From NCBI RefSeq assembly GCF_006345805.1, contig NC_043001.1:122884001-122948000 (forward strand): 64,000 nt of DNA. The letters are read 5' to 3'. This DNA comes from Octopus sinensis. Taxonomy: Eukaryota. Below the pieces are notes generated by a model. It did no database searches. It had not been told where the DNA came from and saw nothing but the letters and a program-made list of their open reading frames with translations. This document shows, piece by piece, positions 39,061 through 52,976 of the stretch (the first letter of the stretch is position 1; every line of letters starts with the position of its first letter). Position numbers and translations under genes: made by a program.

Positions 39061-42000
39061 CTTTCACACCCAAACAAAGCGATCGAAGTTATCAGGGACT
39101 TGAACAATTGGAGTTTTTTAGTAAACATTCTGACAATTAAGTTGTTTATGAAAATTGATAATTACTTAAACACTCAGTTCATAAGAATTTGAAAATTCCG
39201 GAAGACGTGGAATAATTCGATTTTAACTGTTTCATTCTAAGTAGAAAAGCTACAAAATATAGGTTTTAAATTATGACACAAAGCCAGTAATTTCGACGGG
39301 TGGGGTGGTTGTAGTAAATAGAACACATCATCGACCCCCAGTGCTCAACCGGTACTTATTTAATCAACTCCGAACGGATGCGAGGCGAAGTTGACTTCGG
39401 CGGAGTTTGAGCTCGGAGAGTAAAAACAGATAAAATTCTGCATTGCATTTTGTCCGGCGTGCTAACAATTCCGCCAGCTCGCCGGTCTGAGATAGGTTGT
39501 AAATAACAGCGTGTAAATATTTAGTTTTAAAATGCTTTTGGTCGAAAGAGGTAGCCTTCCACTTTTTCTCTCCAAAGGGATTTTCATCTTAATATTTACA
39601 CGCTGTTATTTCTAGGTTTATCTACTTTGAGTTCCACAATTAAAATCGAATTGTCTGTTCATTCTGATGCTTATAGTTTTATTCCTTTGGAGATAATTTA
39701 AGTCGCAGATTGCAACTTAAATTATCCCTTCAAAAGATAATCCCTTCAAAACACTTGATTTTGTTTTGTTTTTATAACTATTTTTACTCTTTTGGTAGAA
39801 AATGGATTGCATTTATTGGGAGAAGGCGCTGGCGGTATTTGCTGAAAAATTAGCTCACTTTATCAGACAGTAAACTGCAAGCAGGATGCTCATACAAAGA
39901 TCCTAATGATACAGATTTTATCTCGCGCATAGATTGTCATGGAGATTTCTCTAAATGACTAGCTTTGATAGTCAATTAGTGGTATTAATTAACAGGTGAC
40001 AACCTTACAAATCTGAAATGACCAATAGCTGTGACAACCGGGATTTTTAAAACCTTTCTAGTCATTGTCAAAATGAAATAACATTGACCTGCCTTAAGAC
40101 AAAAGGGTCACAAGGTCTGTCTCTCTGGCAGTAACAAACCTCGCGATCACCGTATTTTCTCTTGTGTACCCCGAAGGGTACTCGATTTGTGGTGTGAGAA
40201 ATCTTAGCTTTTGAAAGTTGGTAAAATATATTTAAGTAGTTTTCATAGTTCATTGATAGATTCAATGATATTAGTTTGTCAGGTAAATTCGTTCGTTTTC
40301 TTTTTGCTACTTCGCACTCTATTACCACATGTGTTCAACTTTCAGAAATGACAGGCAAAATTCGTAGAGGAAGAATAGTTGGGAAAATAAAAGTATTTTT
40401 CGTCTCAATTCAAATAACATTGAAAGAATTTTTATACATGAAACAAAATTACCTGATGCAACAAACGTGTTACTTCCATTTAGCTATTCTAAAAATTTTT
40501 TCTTATATATATATATATATATCCAAAAGTTATTTTTTATAGCGAGGTGGTGTAGACAAGTTTAGGGACTTATGAAACGGATTAACGTTAATCATTTGCA
40601 TGTCCGAAGCAATTTCGAAAGTTTCTCCAAGCTTGTTTTTAGTTCTCTCTAGTTTCAAATCTTCTGAGTAATATAAAGCTTTCCTTTCGTAAGTGCGAAG
40701 TTACTCTAGAGTGAAAAAGACTGTAAATGCTTACCATATGTAATGCATGGATGACAGGAAAATATGTCCCGTGTTTTACATCTGATAGTCAGGACGGGCC
40801 AGGGATTAACATGAGTAAGAAAGAGAACTTCTCGGTAGTCGTTCCATCTGCTCGGAATATCAACCAAATTCCCTCAAATCAAATTCTGTCTTAAAAACAA
40901 AAACAAAAAATGATATTGTGAATAATCTAATCCTACATATATAAAACAGACAAGATGGTTATGGTTGGAACACTTTTGATCATAGGTTTGCCCAGTGTTG
41001 AATGACCTGGTGTTAAATAACAGAAAAGCAGTATTTGCTGCAAATAACTCAACGTATTGCTTTCATTTATGACAGCTTCACAGAAACACTTCTTGAATTC
41101 TAACACGATCACTGATTGACATGTAATAATGAAGCATTCTCATTCACCAAATTTATACTCGTTGATTTTTTTTATTTTCTTAATGTAATTCACTAACTTT
41201 TCTTAGAATATCCTTATCACTTTCTCGAGCGAGTAAATTTTTTTCTTTTGGCTCGAACAAAATATGCCAGAACAATAAAATTTAAGCAAGAAACTAGCCT
41301 TGACTTTAATCCAAGAATAAGCTGAAACTTTGATCTGATAACTTAATTTCATGTCGGATGGAGACATATGTAAAGTGAAATGCCCGTCTCGCGTAACATT
41401 TCTCCCAGAAGGCCATTTGATATCATTTAAAAATATTTGCTAAACTACTTTTAAGGATGAAAAAAAAAATGATTACTAAAATCCCGATGTCTTTTATTTC
41501 AAGAAATTTTCAAAGCTCTCGTGGGACATACTAGAAGCTGTAGTGCAAATCTAGAACGAACTCCAACGTCTATCGCAAAAGTTCAGTTTCACAAAACGTT
41601 CATCGTTAGGTACAGCCAGTAAAAGGAGACATCAGGAAAGCATTTAGCTTAAGTATTTTATTGGAGTGACTTTCATAATTGTAATTCTTATCAAAGACTG
41701 CACTAAATTACTTCGTTATTAATCTTTTGGATTGGATAGTGTAACTTTTTAATGACATTGAACATTGTCAACAAGTGCAGTTAATGTAAATTGAAAATTT
41801 TCAAAGGAGTTTGCTTTAAGATTCGTATATAGTCCTATACGACTACCGTGTAGTTTAAGAGTTTACAGATATCTTTAAAAAATAGAAGCTTGTTCACTAT
41901 GAGGTAAAAAAAAAAAACTTGTTTGCGACTGAATGTAATATTCAATACATAATTATTGTTAAACTACTTTTAAGGACGAAAAAAATTGAACTGGGTGAAT

Positions 42001-42219
42001 TTAGAATAAGCAAATTTGCACGAACTATTCCAAAGTCATGTCCGAAATAGCAAAATATTTTGAAGAACATAAAACTAATTGTATTCTGATTATAATTCTT
42101 CACTGCATACTATGTAACATCTTATCAATGTGACTTGTTCGCTCTAGGAATTAAAATTTGGAAAATAATTTATAACCCCCAATATGATCAAACATGTCAG
42201 TTTTCAATGACCAGTATGT

Positions 42220-42780
42220 ACTGGGTCATCCCCTAAATAATGCAGTTTTCTTATACGACTTTTATTTTTCAAAATTACCATAAAGTTATTTTTTAAATCT
42301 AAAATACACTCTCATTAATTTTCTACAATGCTCTTCCATCTATCTGGTAGACCTGCAAGGCCCCTCTTCGAAAATTCACTAGTCCGTAACGAAAAATACT
42401 CCTCCAGTACTCTTCTGACCTCCTTTACAGAATTCATATTTTTTCCGTCCAAATGATTTTGAAGATTGCCGAATAAATAAATACCTATTTCTTTACTACC
42501 CACAAGGGGATAAACACAGAGAGGACAAACAAGGACAGACAAACTGATTAAGTTGATTATATCGACCGTAGTGCGTAACTGGTACTTATTTAATCGACCC
42601 CAAAAGGATGAAAGGTAAAGTTGACCTCGGCGGAATTTGAAATCAGAACGTAACGGTAGACGAAATACGGCTACGCTTTCGCCCGGCGTGCTAACGTTTC
42701 TGCCAGCTCGCAGAATAAATACCAGTCAGATGGGCAATGTCCGGCGAATGTGGTAGGTGGGCATCGTTTCATATAGGCCA
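42220..42780 (-). pseudogene. Mariner transposase 3' relic with TIR, split by a SINE
   Basis: ETMPHLPHSPDIA..SDWYLF|GNLQNHLDGKNMNSVKEVRRVLEEYF...GLAGLPDRWKSIVEN. The terminus TA|CTGGGTCATCCC is at about 42220. Confidence 0.85.
42480..42712 (-). mobile_element. SINE family A inserted in the mariner relic
   Basis: Full family A copy with a 9-bp TSD, GAATAAATA (42471-42479 and 42713-42721). Confidence 0.92.
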
Positions 42781-42879
42781 ATACTTGTTAATTACTGAGA
42801 AATCATTCCACATTATCTGAACAGATTGTAATTGGTGTTTTTGTGGACTAGTAATGATGTATTTGCTCCTAGTGTTCTT

Positions 42880-43297
42880 TTCTACTCTAAGCACAAGGCC
42901 CAAAATTATGGAGGAGGGGCCAGTCGATTTGATCGACCCCAATACATAACTTCTACTTAATTTATCGACCCCGAAAGGATGAAAGCCAAAGTCGACATCG
43001 GCGGAATTTGAACACAGAACGTCGACAGACGAAATACCTATTTCTTTATTACCCACAATGGGCTAAACACAGAGGGGACAAACAAGGACAGACAAACGGA
43101 TTAAGTCGATTATATCGACTATATCGATTATAAGTACCAGTTACGCACTGGTGCGTAACTGGTACTTATTTGATCGATCTCGAAAGGATGAAAGGCAAAG
43201 TCGACCTCGGCGGAATTTGAACTCAGAACGTAGTGGCAGACGAAATACCGCTTAGTATTTCGCCCGGCGTGCTAATGTTTCTGCCAACTCGCTGCCT
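42880..43297 (-). mobile_element. SINE family A tandem
   Basis: Two reverse-complement family A bodies, with the head at about 43297. Confidence 0.85.
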
Positions 43298-46200
43298 TTT
43301 ATTTGCCCCTCGTGTTGACTCTTAGATAATGTTCATTCAGAAATCTAGCATTTTCCTTTTCCTTTATTTTTATTTTTTATTTTTATCAATTTTCTAATTC
43401 TTGAACTCTGGGAGATTTCTGTGATACTTCTCGAAATAATAGATATCAGAGCAGAAGTCTTTTGGCACAACTATTTTGGCCCTTTCTAAATGGCCTCGCT
43501 AATTTGACCTTAACGTATTTGACACCAGACGCCTTGTACTCGGGACCATTTAGCATCATGAAAAATTTCTTTTATTTATCACCTCTACTAACTTCATTTT
43601 AACTTATTGGTCTTCAATTTATGCATATGAAGGCTTGCAAAAATGTTTATGTCGATCAGTTTCAATTAATAAATCCCTCCTTTTTCCTCTCTCTCTCTCT
43701 GTATGTGAGAATGTTTTTGAATGTGTTTGCTTCCAGTGCTAAAAAGAGCTGTTGCCGAAATAGGTTGAATGTCCAGTCAGCTGTGCCAGACCACCAGCGT
43801 CCAACATCCTCACTCGCTCTCGTTTCATTCCACATGAAAGAGCCCCAGAATTATTCTCATTATCAAAGCCGTAACTTTGACTCGATAAACAAACTAATTC
43901 ACTATATTTCAGATCCTCTTTCCGGTTTATAATTTTCTATAAACGCTAATTTGTGCGCAATTGAGCCAACATAAATTTGTGTTTAATCTTACAAGCGTTT
44001 CAAGATAAAACATAAGGAAAGCAGCTGTAATCTAAGCGATATGCTTTAGGGAATTGCTGCTAACGGATGGTGCTAGCCTACAAGATATGGTAAGAAAGGT
44101 ACAGTGTAAACAGGTAGGCAAAGTAAAAGCTTAAACTTCCCCCTGGGAACGATAGAACTGCTCAATTTATTTCAACAAACTATTCAGATGTTTAATAGTT
44201 GCAATGATGAAAAATAGGCCAGATTCTTTCCATATATTTGTACTTTATACTGTTCATTCATTTTAATGCGCGTAAGATAAACTACAAGTAAACCTCGTAT
44301 AAAGAATCAACTGAGCTGTTATCAAACTGGTGGCATTTCTTTATATATAATACAGAAAGTAGTGATACTTGTCAGTAGCGGTTTTAGACTTTGATCTTCG
44401 TTATAGTTCCTTTTGTACATACCTTTGTGTCATGACATTAAGCCGGAATATATGGTCACTTACATTGGCTTCATATAATAAGATTCCTGTTAATTTATTG
44501 TGAAATATTTACTTTTAATTGGATTTATATTCCGTAATTTCTATGATGGATATCCTTTAAATCAAACTATTTGAGTTTATTCATTTAATTTCAAATCTTT
44601 TATCTCTTTTTGCTTTTTCTTCATTCTTCAGGGACTGATAGAGTAAATACCACTCTTTCTTACATATTTCTTGTTTGAGCCATTGTTCCAAAGTGTTTAT
44701 TGAATTTTATTTTAGTCTTTTCAGGAAATATTTGATCAAGGCGCCAACAAACGCATTATATGTTAATAAATAACTACAGCTGGGGGATATTTAACGTTAT
44801 ATTATGGTAACCACAGTAACGCAATTTGAGTAAAATACTCAATAATAGTTAAACAGAAACTTCAGTGGATCTGCTTGAACACTAGACCAGCGTCGAAGAG
44901 CGGTGAAATCTCCCTGAAAGAAAATTACAAATAATGAAGAGTATTATTTTTATCTAATTTTTATTTTTAAAAAAAGCCAAAGAACAATAAATTGGCCTGT
45001 AGTAAGTTGATTACAACTAATGATTGCATTATTTGTAATAACTAGCGGAGAGAGAAAAGATTAAAAGGCCCGCCGTTTAGGAAACGCTCAATGTTTCTTT
45101 TACTAAAATGGCTGATATTTTAAGGAGAATGACTGCTATTTCTAACATGGCAAGCAGTTGTGCAGAAATCTCTGTGTAGCTTACATCACTGTTGGCAGAA
45201 TCTTTGGGAGAATAGTCATTTCTAGCTTGGACACAGACACAGATTTGAGCAAGATCAATAAAATTGGTCTTGATGTTCTTGAATGGTTTTTGCCTTCGTT
45301 CTAGGAAGAATGAGAGGCAAAATTGAGTTCGGCAGGATTCGAACCGTAAAGAACCGACAATGATTTCTGATTTTAGGCGCAAGGCCTTCAGTTTTGAGAA
45401 GAGGGAGTGAGTTAATACCAGCAATACCATTGTTTGACTTATACTCCATGGAAACTGAGTGAATCTCTGGCCTTATGATTCCTAGGATTCATAACGAACC
45501 AACGTCTAGTGTCCAAAGCCGTCTTCAGGCATTGGCACACACAGCAAATCCCAAAGACCCCAATGATATGCGGACACAGTACTAATCTAAACATAACTGG
45601 CACACGTCATGTCTGTAAGGACCCGGTGTATTGCTTTGTCCTGGCCAGGGAGTGGGGTGTTATGCTATGAAGACATCCCTGCTAGAGTCCACATATTCAT
45701 GCAACAGAAACATACAAAGATCTGTCAAAACGTGTGAACAAAATTACATAAAAATGAGGGGAGGAGAAAAGACAATTTTTTCCAATCAGACAAAATAATT
45801 AAAGGAAGATGATTGAACATATAATCGAGATATAATTTAAGGAAAACAATCTTTTGAGCTGAGATCACGGCTCCCACAACTCCAATCCTCAACATCCCTT
45901 CCTATATTGTCCGGTAGTATATTGCCTGTACCTACCAAGAAGTACACGTGGGCATATCAAACGTCGGAGCAGACATGAAGGGCTTGCGTCTGTGACACAG
46001 GTAGATCTGTGTAGTCCGCAAAAATAGTTTACCTGCATGGGATCATATTCTGCATGACTCGTACGTTCGAAGGCCATCTCCTCGTGAATTGTCTGCATTT
46101 ACTCTTTCCCTAAATATTCATGTAAATGTCATCTCTCAAGGTTCATGGTTTGTTCTACGAAGAGCTAAAAATTGTGGAGATGGAAGTAGTTTTAACCTTT

Positions 46201-46507
46201 ATTTATATAGCTCATTTTCCCCTTCAACTACGTTTCTTTTTTAGTCTCTTTTTCTTTGCATCTTTTTGGCAGTTCACTATCTATTGTCAAAAGTCGATGG
46301 AGGGGGTGCTACTAGGAAGGGGGACGGAGGACGAGTGTATGAGTCCTCATCGAAAATTGTATCCTCTGGGACCTACTGTTGCTGTTGAATATTTTGCTCA
46401 TCACTTCTCCCTTAAGCTCTCGTAGGCTGAAAGCTAATAGCATTTACTGTCACATACGTAGCACCTAGGTCTTGCAGCACTGATCTCCGGTCTTTTTCTT
46501 CCGCGTT

Positions 46508-47523
46508 TCTGACTGGGTGCCGCACCGATATGGTTTTGTGGTATTGGGGGATCATTAAGAGATTTATATCTATTAGTAACTCGCCCAACCTCATGTCGAT
46601 CATAGCCATCTCAGCACTCGTTGCCTACCTGTACTTATGGACACAAACACTTTAAATTGCTTTTAGTCTCAAACGTATAGCAGCTGGCTTTTCTGCCCTC
46701 TCCACCAGGCCTTTATCGCCTTTCTTTCTGCTTTTACAATGGAGTACAGCACTGGGATTGTTCTCTGGTCTTCGGAGGCCAGCATGATCTGTATGATTCT
46801 ACAGACTCCATCGGACCATATCTCATCCCATGACACAGTGGCGATTATCACCAGCCTGTAGTGTGCCGCAAACATGGCAGAGAACCAAAGGTCTCTGTCA
46901 TCCCAATATTCTTTGCTAGCCTTCGTGTTATGCTGGCCCATGTACTGCGGCAATAGGTTTTGGGTAGGTGTGTGACTCACCAGTTCAGTCTGCTTCCACA
47001 TCCTGTCTTTAATTTTGAAGACTAGGTACGAACTTTATATGCACTATTTCTATGGACTGAACAGACATCGTCGTATCACACCTCATTTAGGACTTCATTT
47101 AATTGTTCTTCTGGGAAGATATAGAAACACTTAGGACCTTCACAAATCAATTGTAACTTTCCTCCTTGGATAAATTCCTCGGGTAAAGAGACAATATCGC
47201 TTCCATTTCTTTATGGAATTCGACCCCCATCTGAAGCTTTCCTTTGGTTTTTACTGCTAGCAAAGGCACTATTATTACAACTCTTCTTTCCAACTGTCAA
47301 ATTCTAACTCTGTTTATGTATCTTTCATTAAACATTCCTGTCAAAATGACTTTTTCAATGTTAGAAGTGTTCTTGTTTGGCTTTGGTATAGCAGAAGCAC
47401 TGATAGGCAGCGAGTACCGAGATGGCTATGATCGACATGTGTTTGGGCGAGTTACTAAGAGATATAAATCTCTTAATGATCCCCCAATACCACAAAACCA
47501 TACCGGTGCGGCACCCAGTCAGA
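46508..47523. mobile_element. Unclassified 1016-bp element with 120-bp terminal inverted repeats
   Basis: 46508-46627 versus the reverse complement of 47404-47523 shows 7 mismatches in 120 bp. There is no clear TSD and no recognisable internal ORF. Confidence 0.7.
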
Positions 47524-48317
47524 TTTGAGAAGTTAATTATCATCATCGTTTTAACATCTGCTTTTCCATGCATGCATGGGTCGGACAGAGTTTACTGAGG
47601 CAAGTTTTCTGCGGCTAGATGCCCTTCCTGTCGCCAACCTTCACCAGCTCCAAGCGAGGTAATATTTCCCCATTGCCAGAAAAATTTTCGCAGAATATTG
47701 GGAATTATATATAATCTAATAAAATATAGTCGCATTTCATCATTCTTAAAGTATGCTGGGTTCTTTTGATCAGGAATCTTTTTATAGAACTTGCAAGTAT
47801 TATTCATTGATACGTTAAATAACAAACTCTAATGTTATTTTCTCTTATTTATATGTATCCACTATTTATATATGTTTTACTTTGTTCGGTTTACTTCTAT
47901 AATTTCATAACTGGCTTTCACAAGAATTCATCTGCTGCATAAGAATAGCACGAAGCCACTAATGAATAGCTTGAAGCCCGACATATATACTGAACTCCCG
48001 CTACAACGTAAAATAACTATACTGCGGTGAATTCCATATGTACACCAGTATTTTTGTGTACTCATTCCAAAGTTATATGGAACCCCACTCCATTTAAGCT
48101 GCTCGCCTGTCGGTTTCATCATTCTCGTCTCCTAGAATTTAATCCCTTTCAAATTGTGTCTCTCCGTCTCTCCGGTCCACATGCTGTCACCTCGGGTGTA
48201 TCCCAGTTTTGATTTTCTACTTCAGACGTTTGTGTGTTAACCACTTGCTTGCTACCAAATAACGCTCACTTTTATGCAAATTGCATTTTTTTCTCCTCTC
48301 TAATATGCCGCGCATAT

Positions 48318-48548
48318 ACCTATTTCTTTACAACCCACAAGGGGTTAAACACAGAGTGGACAAACAAGGACAGATAAGCGGATTAAGCCGATTATATCGA
48401 CCCCAGTGCATAACTGGTTCTTAATTTATCGACTCCGAAATGATGAAAGGCAAAGTCGACCTCGGCGGAATTTGAATTCAGAACGTAACGACAGACGAAA
48501 TACTGCTAAGCATTTCACCCGGCGCGCTAACGTTTCTGCCAGCTCGCC
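48318..48548 (-). mobile_element. SINE family A
   Basis: Full reverse-complement copy ending GCCAGCTCGCC. Confidence 0.88.
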
Positions 48549-49635
48549 ACCACAGTGGAATACCATCTTCCAGTGGTGCTGCTGCGACCCATAGACAAGT
48601 TGTGAATAACATCCCAAAGAACGTCATTCAAATGATTGAAAGACTGACTCACCAACACATTACGACCTCAAGCCCAACACACCGTTTCCTACCTGCCTGT
48701 TCTATGACTACCACATCGGCCCCGCCCCTCTAAACTAACTAGATAGAAACCACCTCCATTGAGGATTACCCTACACACCTGTCATTCATCCTCTTTATTC
48801 TCTACACTCAGCCACAATGCCCAATCTCGCAACATCATGAAAACCTTTGAAATTTTATCACTCGCGATTTTTGCCAACTTGTGTTTTAATATGTTAGATG
48901 GAAATTATGGAAGCTCGTCGTAACTATGGAATCCCGTCATATGTATGTGTTCCTTTGTGTGTTTACCTTCTCTCATCACTCGACAACTAATGTTAGTTCC
49001 TTTACATTCTGTAAATTAGCGGTTCGGCAAACGAGTCCGATAGAATAAGTACCAGATTTCTTTTTTAAAAATAAGTACTGGGAGCGATTTGTTCGCCTAA
49101 ACCCTTCAAGGCGATGCTCCAGCATGGCCACAATCAAATGACTGAAATAAGCAAAAGTAATAATATACCAACATGCAGATTCTGAAACTGAACATCAATC
49201 TCACGAAAACCAGACGACCTGCAAAATCTATGTGCACTGTCTTTAGTAGACCTTGAATACTTTTGATTTCTTTTCAAATAGACACACTTCATATCTTAAA
49301 TACAGTTCTTTCTGCATCAACTGAGTTTGTTATCAGCTTTACGTTGGTAGAAAAAATTGCTACGTAAAAATAATAGTCACAGGCTCCTCAATGATTTCAG
49401 CATATTTATAAGACCTTTTTCCTTAAGTTTGATTTCTTTCTTTGATTCAATAGGAAGGATTCTTCCTCGATATTGTTCCAAATTGATTCCTAATGGTCAG
49501 TTGTGATTGCAAAACAACAAAGCTTCTGATTAAAACTCTCTGGTTTGGCACAAAATTTGGGTATTTGCTTTTAAAGTATTCAAAAATTCGTCAAAATTAC
49601 AAATATCTTCCAATGAGTAATCGATGTTGAAACAT

Positions 49636-49870
49636 CTTCATATCATTTTTTCATTTTCATCTAGTTTCAGCTCACGAGCTGTGGCTATGCTGGGGCACCG
49701 CCATTCGGTGTTGCTACATGATTTTACTTCACGAATGCTTTTTAGCAATTGACATTTGGTACATGAGAGATTTTGATGCAGCTGCCCTCATCTGCACCTC
49801 CTGCCGTGAAGTTGGTTCATCTGGGACACCTGACAGGAAGAGGTCTAGCTTTATTTTAAAGACATATACT
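49636..49870 (-). mobile_element. CR1-like LINE extreme 3' end
   Basis: Minus frame FKIKLDLFLSGVPDEPTSRQEVQMRAAASN, plus the 3'UTR hairpin. Near-identical to 61195-61465. Confidence 0.75.
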
Positions 49871-52592
49871 TAGAAGATGCTAGTAAAACAGACTCTTTGA
49901 TAAACTTCTCTTAAGTTGATAATGTTAACAATTTGTAAATTGGTTAGTATTTTCCCAAAATCTTTTGCGATTTTATACACGCATTCTTTCTTGATATGAA
50001 TAATGAGGCCAATAACCAGTCATAAAAGAACATTTAACAGCCAGAGAAACAATTTTTGTTTTACTTGTTTCAGTGCTTGGAATGCGGCCATGCTGGTGCA
50101 CTGCTATGAAGAATGAGCTCACAAATTGAACCCAGTATTTAATTTTAAATCTGTTAACTATTATATCGGTCTTTTTTGCCAAACCATTAAGTTACTTAGA
50201 TGTAAAGAAAAGAATAGCGGTTGTCAAGCGGTGGTGGGATACACCTACACGCGCGCACGTGCAGAGGCTTCTTTCAGTTTCCGTCTACTTGATTTGCATT
50301 CAATGCTTCAATCTGCCTGGAGTTGCAGGTAAAGACACTTAACCAAAGTTTCGTGCAGTCTATATGCCTGAAACTAATACATGGTTGGGAAGTAATCTCA
50401 CCTGAAATGAAAATAGAATTCAGTTTTATGTACCAAATTTAGAGGAGTATTACATTAAACATCACCGTAGACTAACAAGTGTGAGAGACTGCAAACAAAT
50501 CTGTGAATTCTGCTTATTTCTTCGTTAATTTCAAAGTTTTACAACCTACAATATTATGCAGCTGTGTGGTAAAATGTTTGCTACTCTAGCCCCAGACTAA
50601 TCAAAGTGAGTGAATTTGGTAGATGGAAACTGGAAGAAGTCTGTTATATAGAAACCAAGGTTTAAATATATTAGCAATTTGGCAAATTACAATCAGATTG
50701 GTGGATGGAAATATTTAAAAAAATTGTATTGGGTTGTTAGCTTTTTTCTACTTGGCACTCCATGGTCATAAGTCTGAAAAGCTATAAAAAAATTATTCAA
50801 ATTTCAAAAACAATGAACCAAATTGTAGAGGAAGAATAGAGCTACATAAAGCACTATAATATTTTTCGTGTTAATTCAAATAACACTTGAAAGCATGGAA
50901 AATGATTAAGATGGAGAAAATGACGAATTTATCTGAAAGCTCAATATCTAAAGACTGTTGCCTTCTATACGGAGCAATATCCAGGAAAAATAGTACAGAG
51001 AAAGATTACTTTCGAACCCGAACCGAAGGAAATTTCCATAAACTCTTGACCTTCTAGTTTTAGCCAAATATCCTTCAAATTATTTCGTACCGTCTGGAAT
51101 AGGGTAAGAATACATGAGACGTCCGTCACTTGAATATCTTTCGACCAAATGTCTACTTGATTACTTTTGCATGTCCTGTGGATCATATATGATCCACAGC
51201 ACCCTAGTGTCAATGCATTCTATATCATATACATTCTCAATATTTTTTCCAACTACTAGAGTAACTTGGGGATCATTAAAGGAAAGCTTTATATCTCTCA
51301 GATCTTATGAAAAAAGCACTAACTAAAACTCTGTCCTAAATAAGGGCTAACTAAACAAGCATGGATGTTTAGGACAAACTTATGAAAACGCTTTGGACAG
51401 GCAAAGGGTTAAGGTTGATTTGAAGCCATGCATTGTTTCTAAGCTAAGAACTGCATTCCTAAACCACAATGTTTTGCGTCAGATCCCACTGTGCGGCACC
51501 TTCGACTTTAGCCACGAGTTGACCAAATCCTTGGGAGTAGAATTCGGTAAATAGAAGCACTGGAAAACTATCGGCGGAACCGTTTTGTTTTGTGATTGTA
51601 GACTTCCCCGTCCCGTTTAGTACCATTTCCAGGTCCGTCGGTGTCTTTTGCAGAGCCGATTCTGCTGCAAGCGTTTTGTCCAAATTTCCAATCTGTGGGT
51701 AATTTCTTCCCACCAAACAGAGACGTTACTCTTCCTCCTTTGACCTTACTAATAAAAATTAAAAAAACTAAAAGCAGATGATCAGAAATCAAACCTACCA
51801 AAATGGTTGCATTGATACAAATATTCTAATTAAAAGAAATCTTCAAGGATGAGAATGATAGTCACAAAATATCTTGTTAACCCCAACATTTAAATATCTA
51901 ATCTATGTGTTTGTTTATTGTATTTCTTTTATGTTTGAACGGAGAGAAGCTTACGTTTTCACATTCCTTTGTAATCAATTTTTTTCACAAATGCCTAGTG
52001 ACCTTGATGTAGGACACCTATATTTATAAACACATTACTCAAACACGTTTTGTCTGTTGAATGTAAAAGTTAGAGCGATAAAACTGTAATGCCTTTGATT
52101 GTAATAAACAATACGCATTCATAAACGAACCGAGAGTAAAAAGAAAAATTACCTGTGCGAGCATATTTTTTATGCAACAATTTTGGTAAATTCCTATAGC
52201 ATACATATGGATAGTTTGAGTTTATTTATATATATCATTGAATTTTCCTTCTATAAAGATATAGGTTAAGCCCGGTTGGTCACTTCGATTCTGCTTCGAT
52301 TTTGAATTAATGCAAGTTCGCTAACACGGCTATTCCTGAAGTAAATGATGAACCTTCAATGTAAACGCTTAACCTGCTAGACATTGCTACAGCATCTCCG
52401 TAGTACACCCAACATAAGGTTGGCATGGCATAGGCTCAGGAACAGGGGGTACAAGCGCACACTTAATTTTTTTTTTTTTTTCGGAATGGGGTAAATGAAA
52501 ACGCTTTGAACATCCTCCTGAAAAACTTCATAACCAAAAACGAACGAGCGTAGAAACATTTCTAGGCTGGTTTGAAAGCTTACTTTTCCATT

Positions 52593-52976
52593 GTGGAAGC
52601 ACTCCGTCGGTTACGACGACGAGGGTTCCGGTAGATCCGATCAACGGAACAGCCTGCTCGTGAAATTAACGTGTAAGTGGCTGAGCACTCCACAGACACG
52701 TGTACCCTTAACGTAGTTCTCGGGGATATTCAGCGTGACACAGAGAGTGACAAGGCCGGCCCTTTGAAATACAGGTACAACAGAAACAGGAAGTAAGAGT
52801 GAGAGAAAGTCGTGGTGAAAGAGTACAGCAGGGATCACCACCATCCCTGCCGGAGCCTCGTGGAGCTTTAGGTGTTTTCGCTCAATAAACACTCACAACG
52901 CCCGGTCTGGGAATCGAAACCGCGATCCTACGACCGCGAGTCCGCTGCCCTAACCACTGGGCCATTGCGCCTCCAC
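52593..52976 (-). mobile_element. SINE family B (tail type 2), full length
   Basis: 11-bp TSD ACTTTTCCATT at 52582-52592 and 52977-52987, with a tRNA-like head. Confidence 0.92.

Noticed and set aside
51459-51716. NGTGKST as an ABC Walker A motif
   Set aside because: It lacks the first Gly and the preceding hydrophobic strand, and there is no other ATPase motif.
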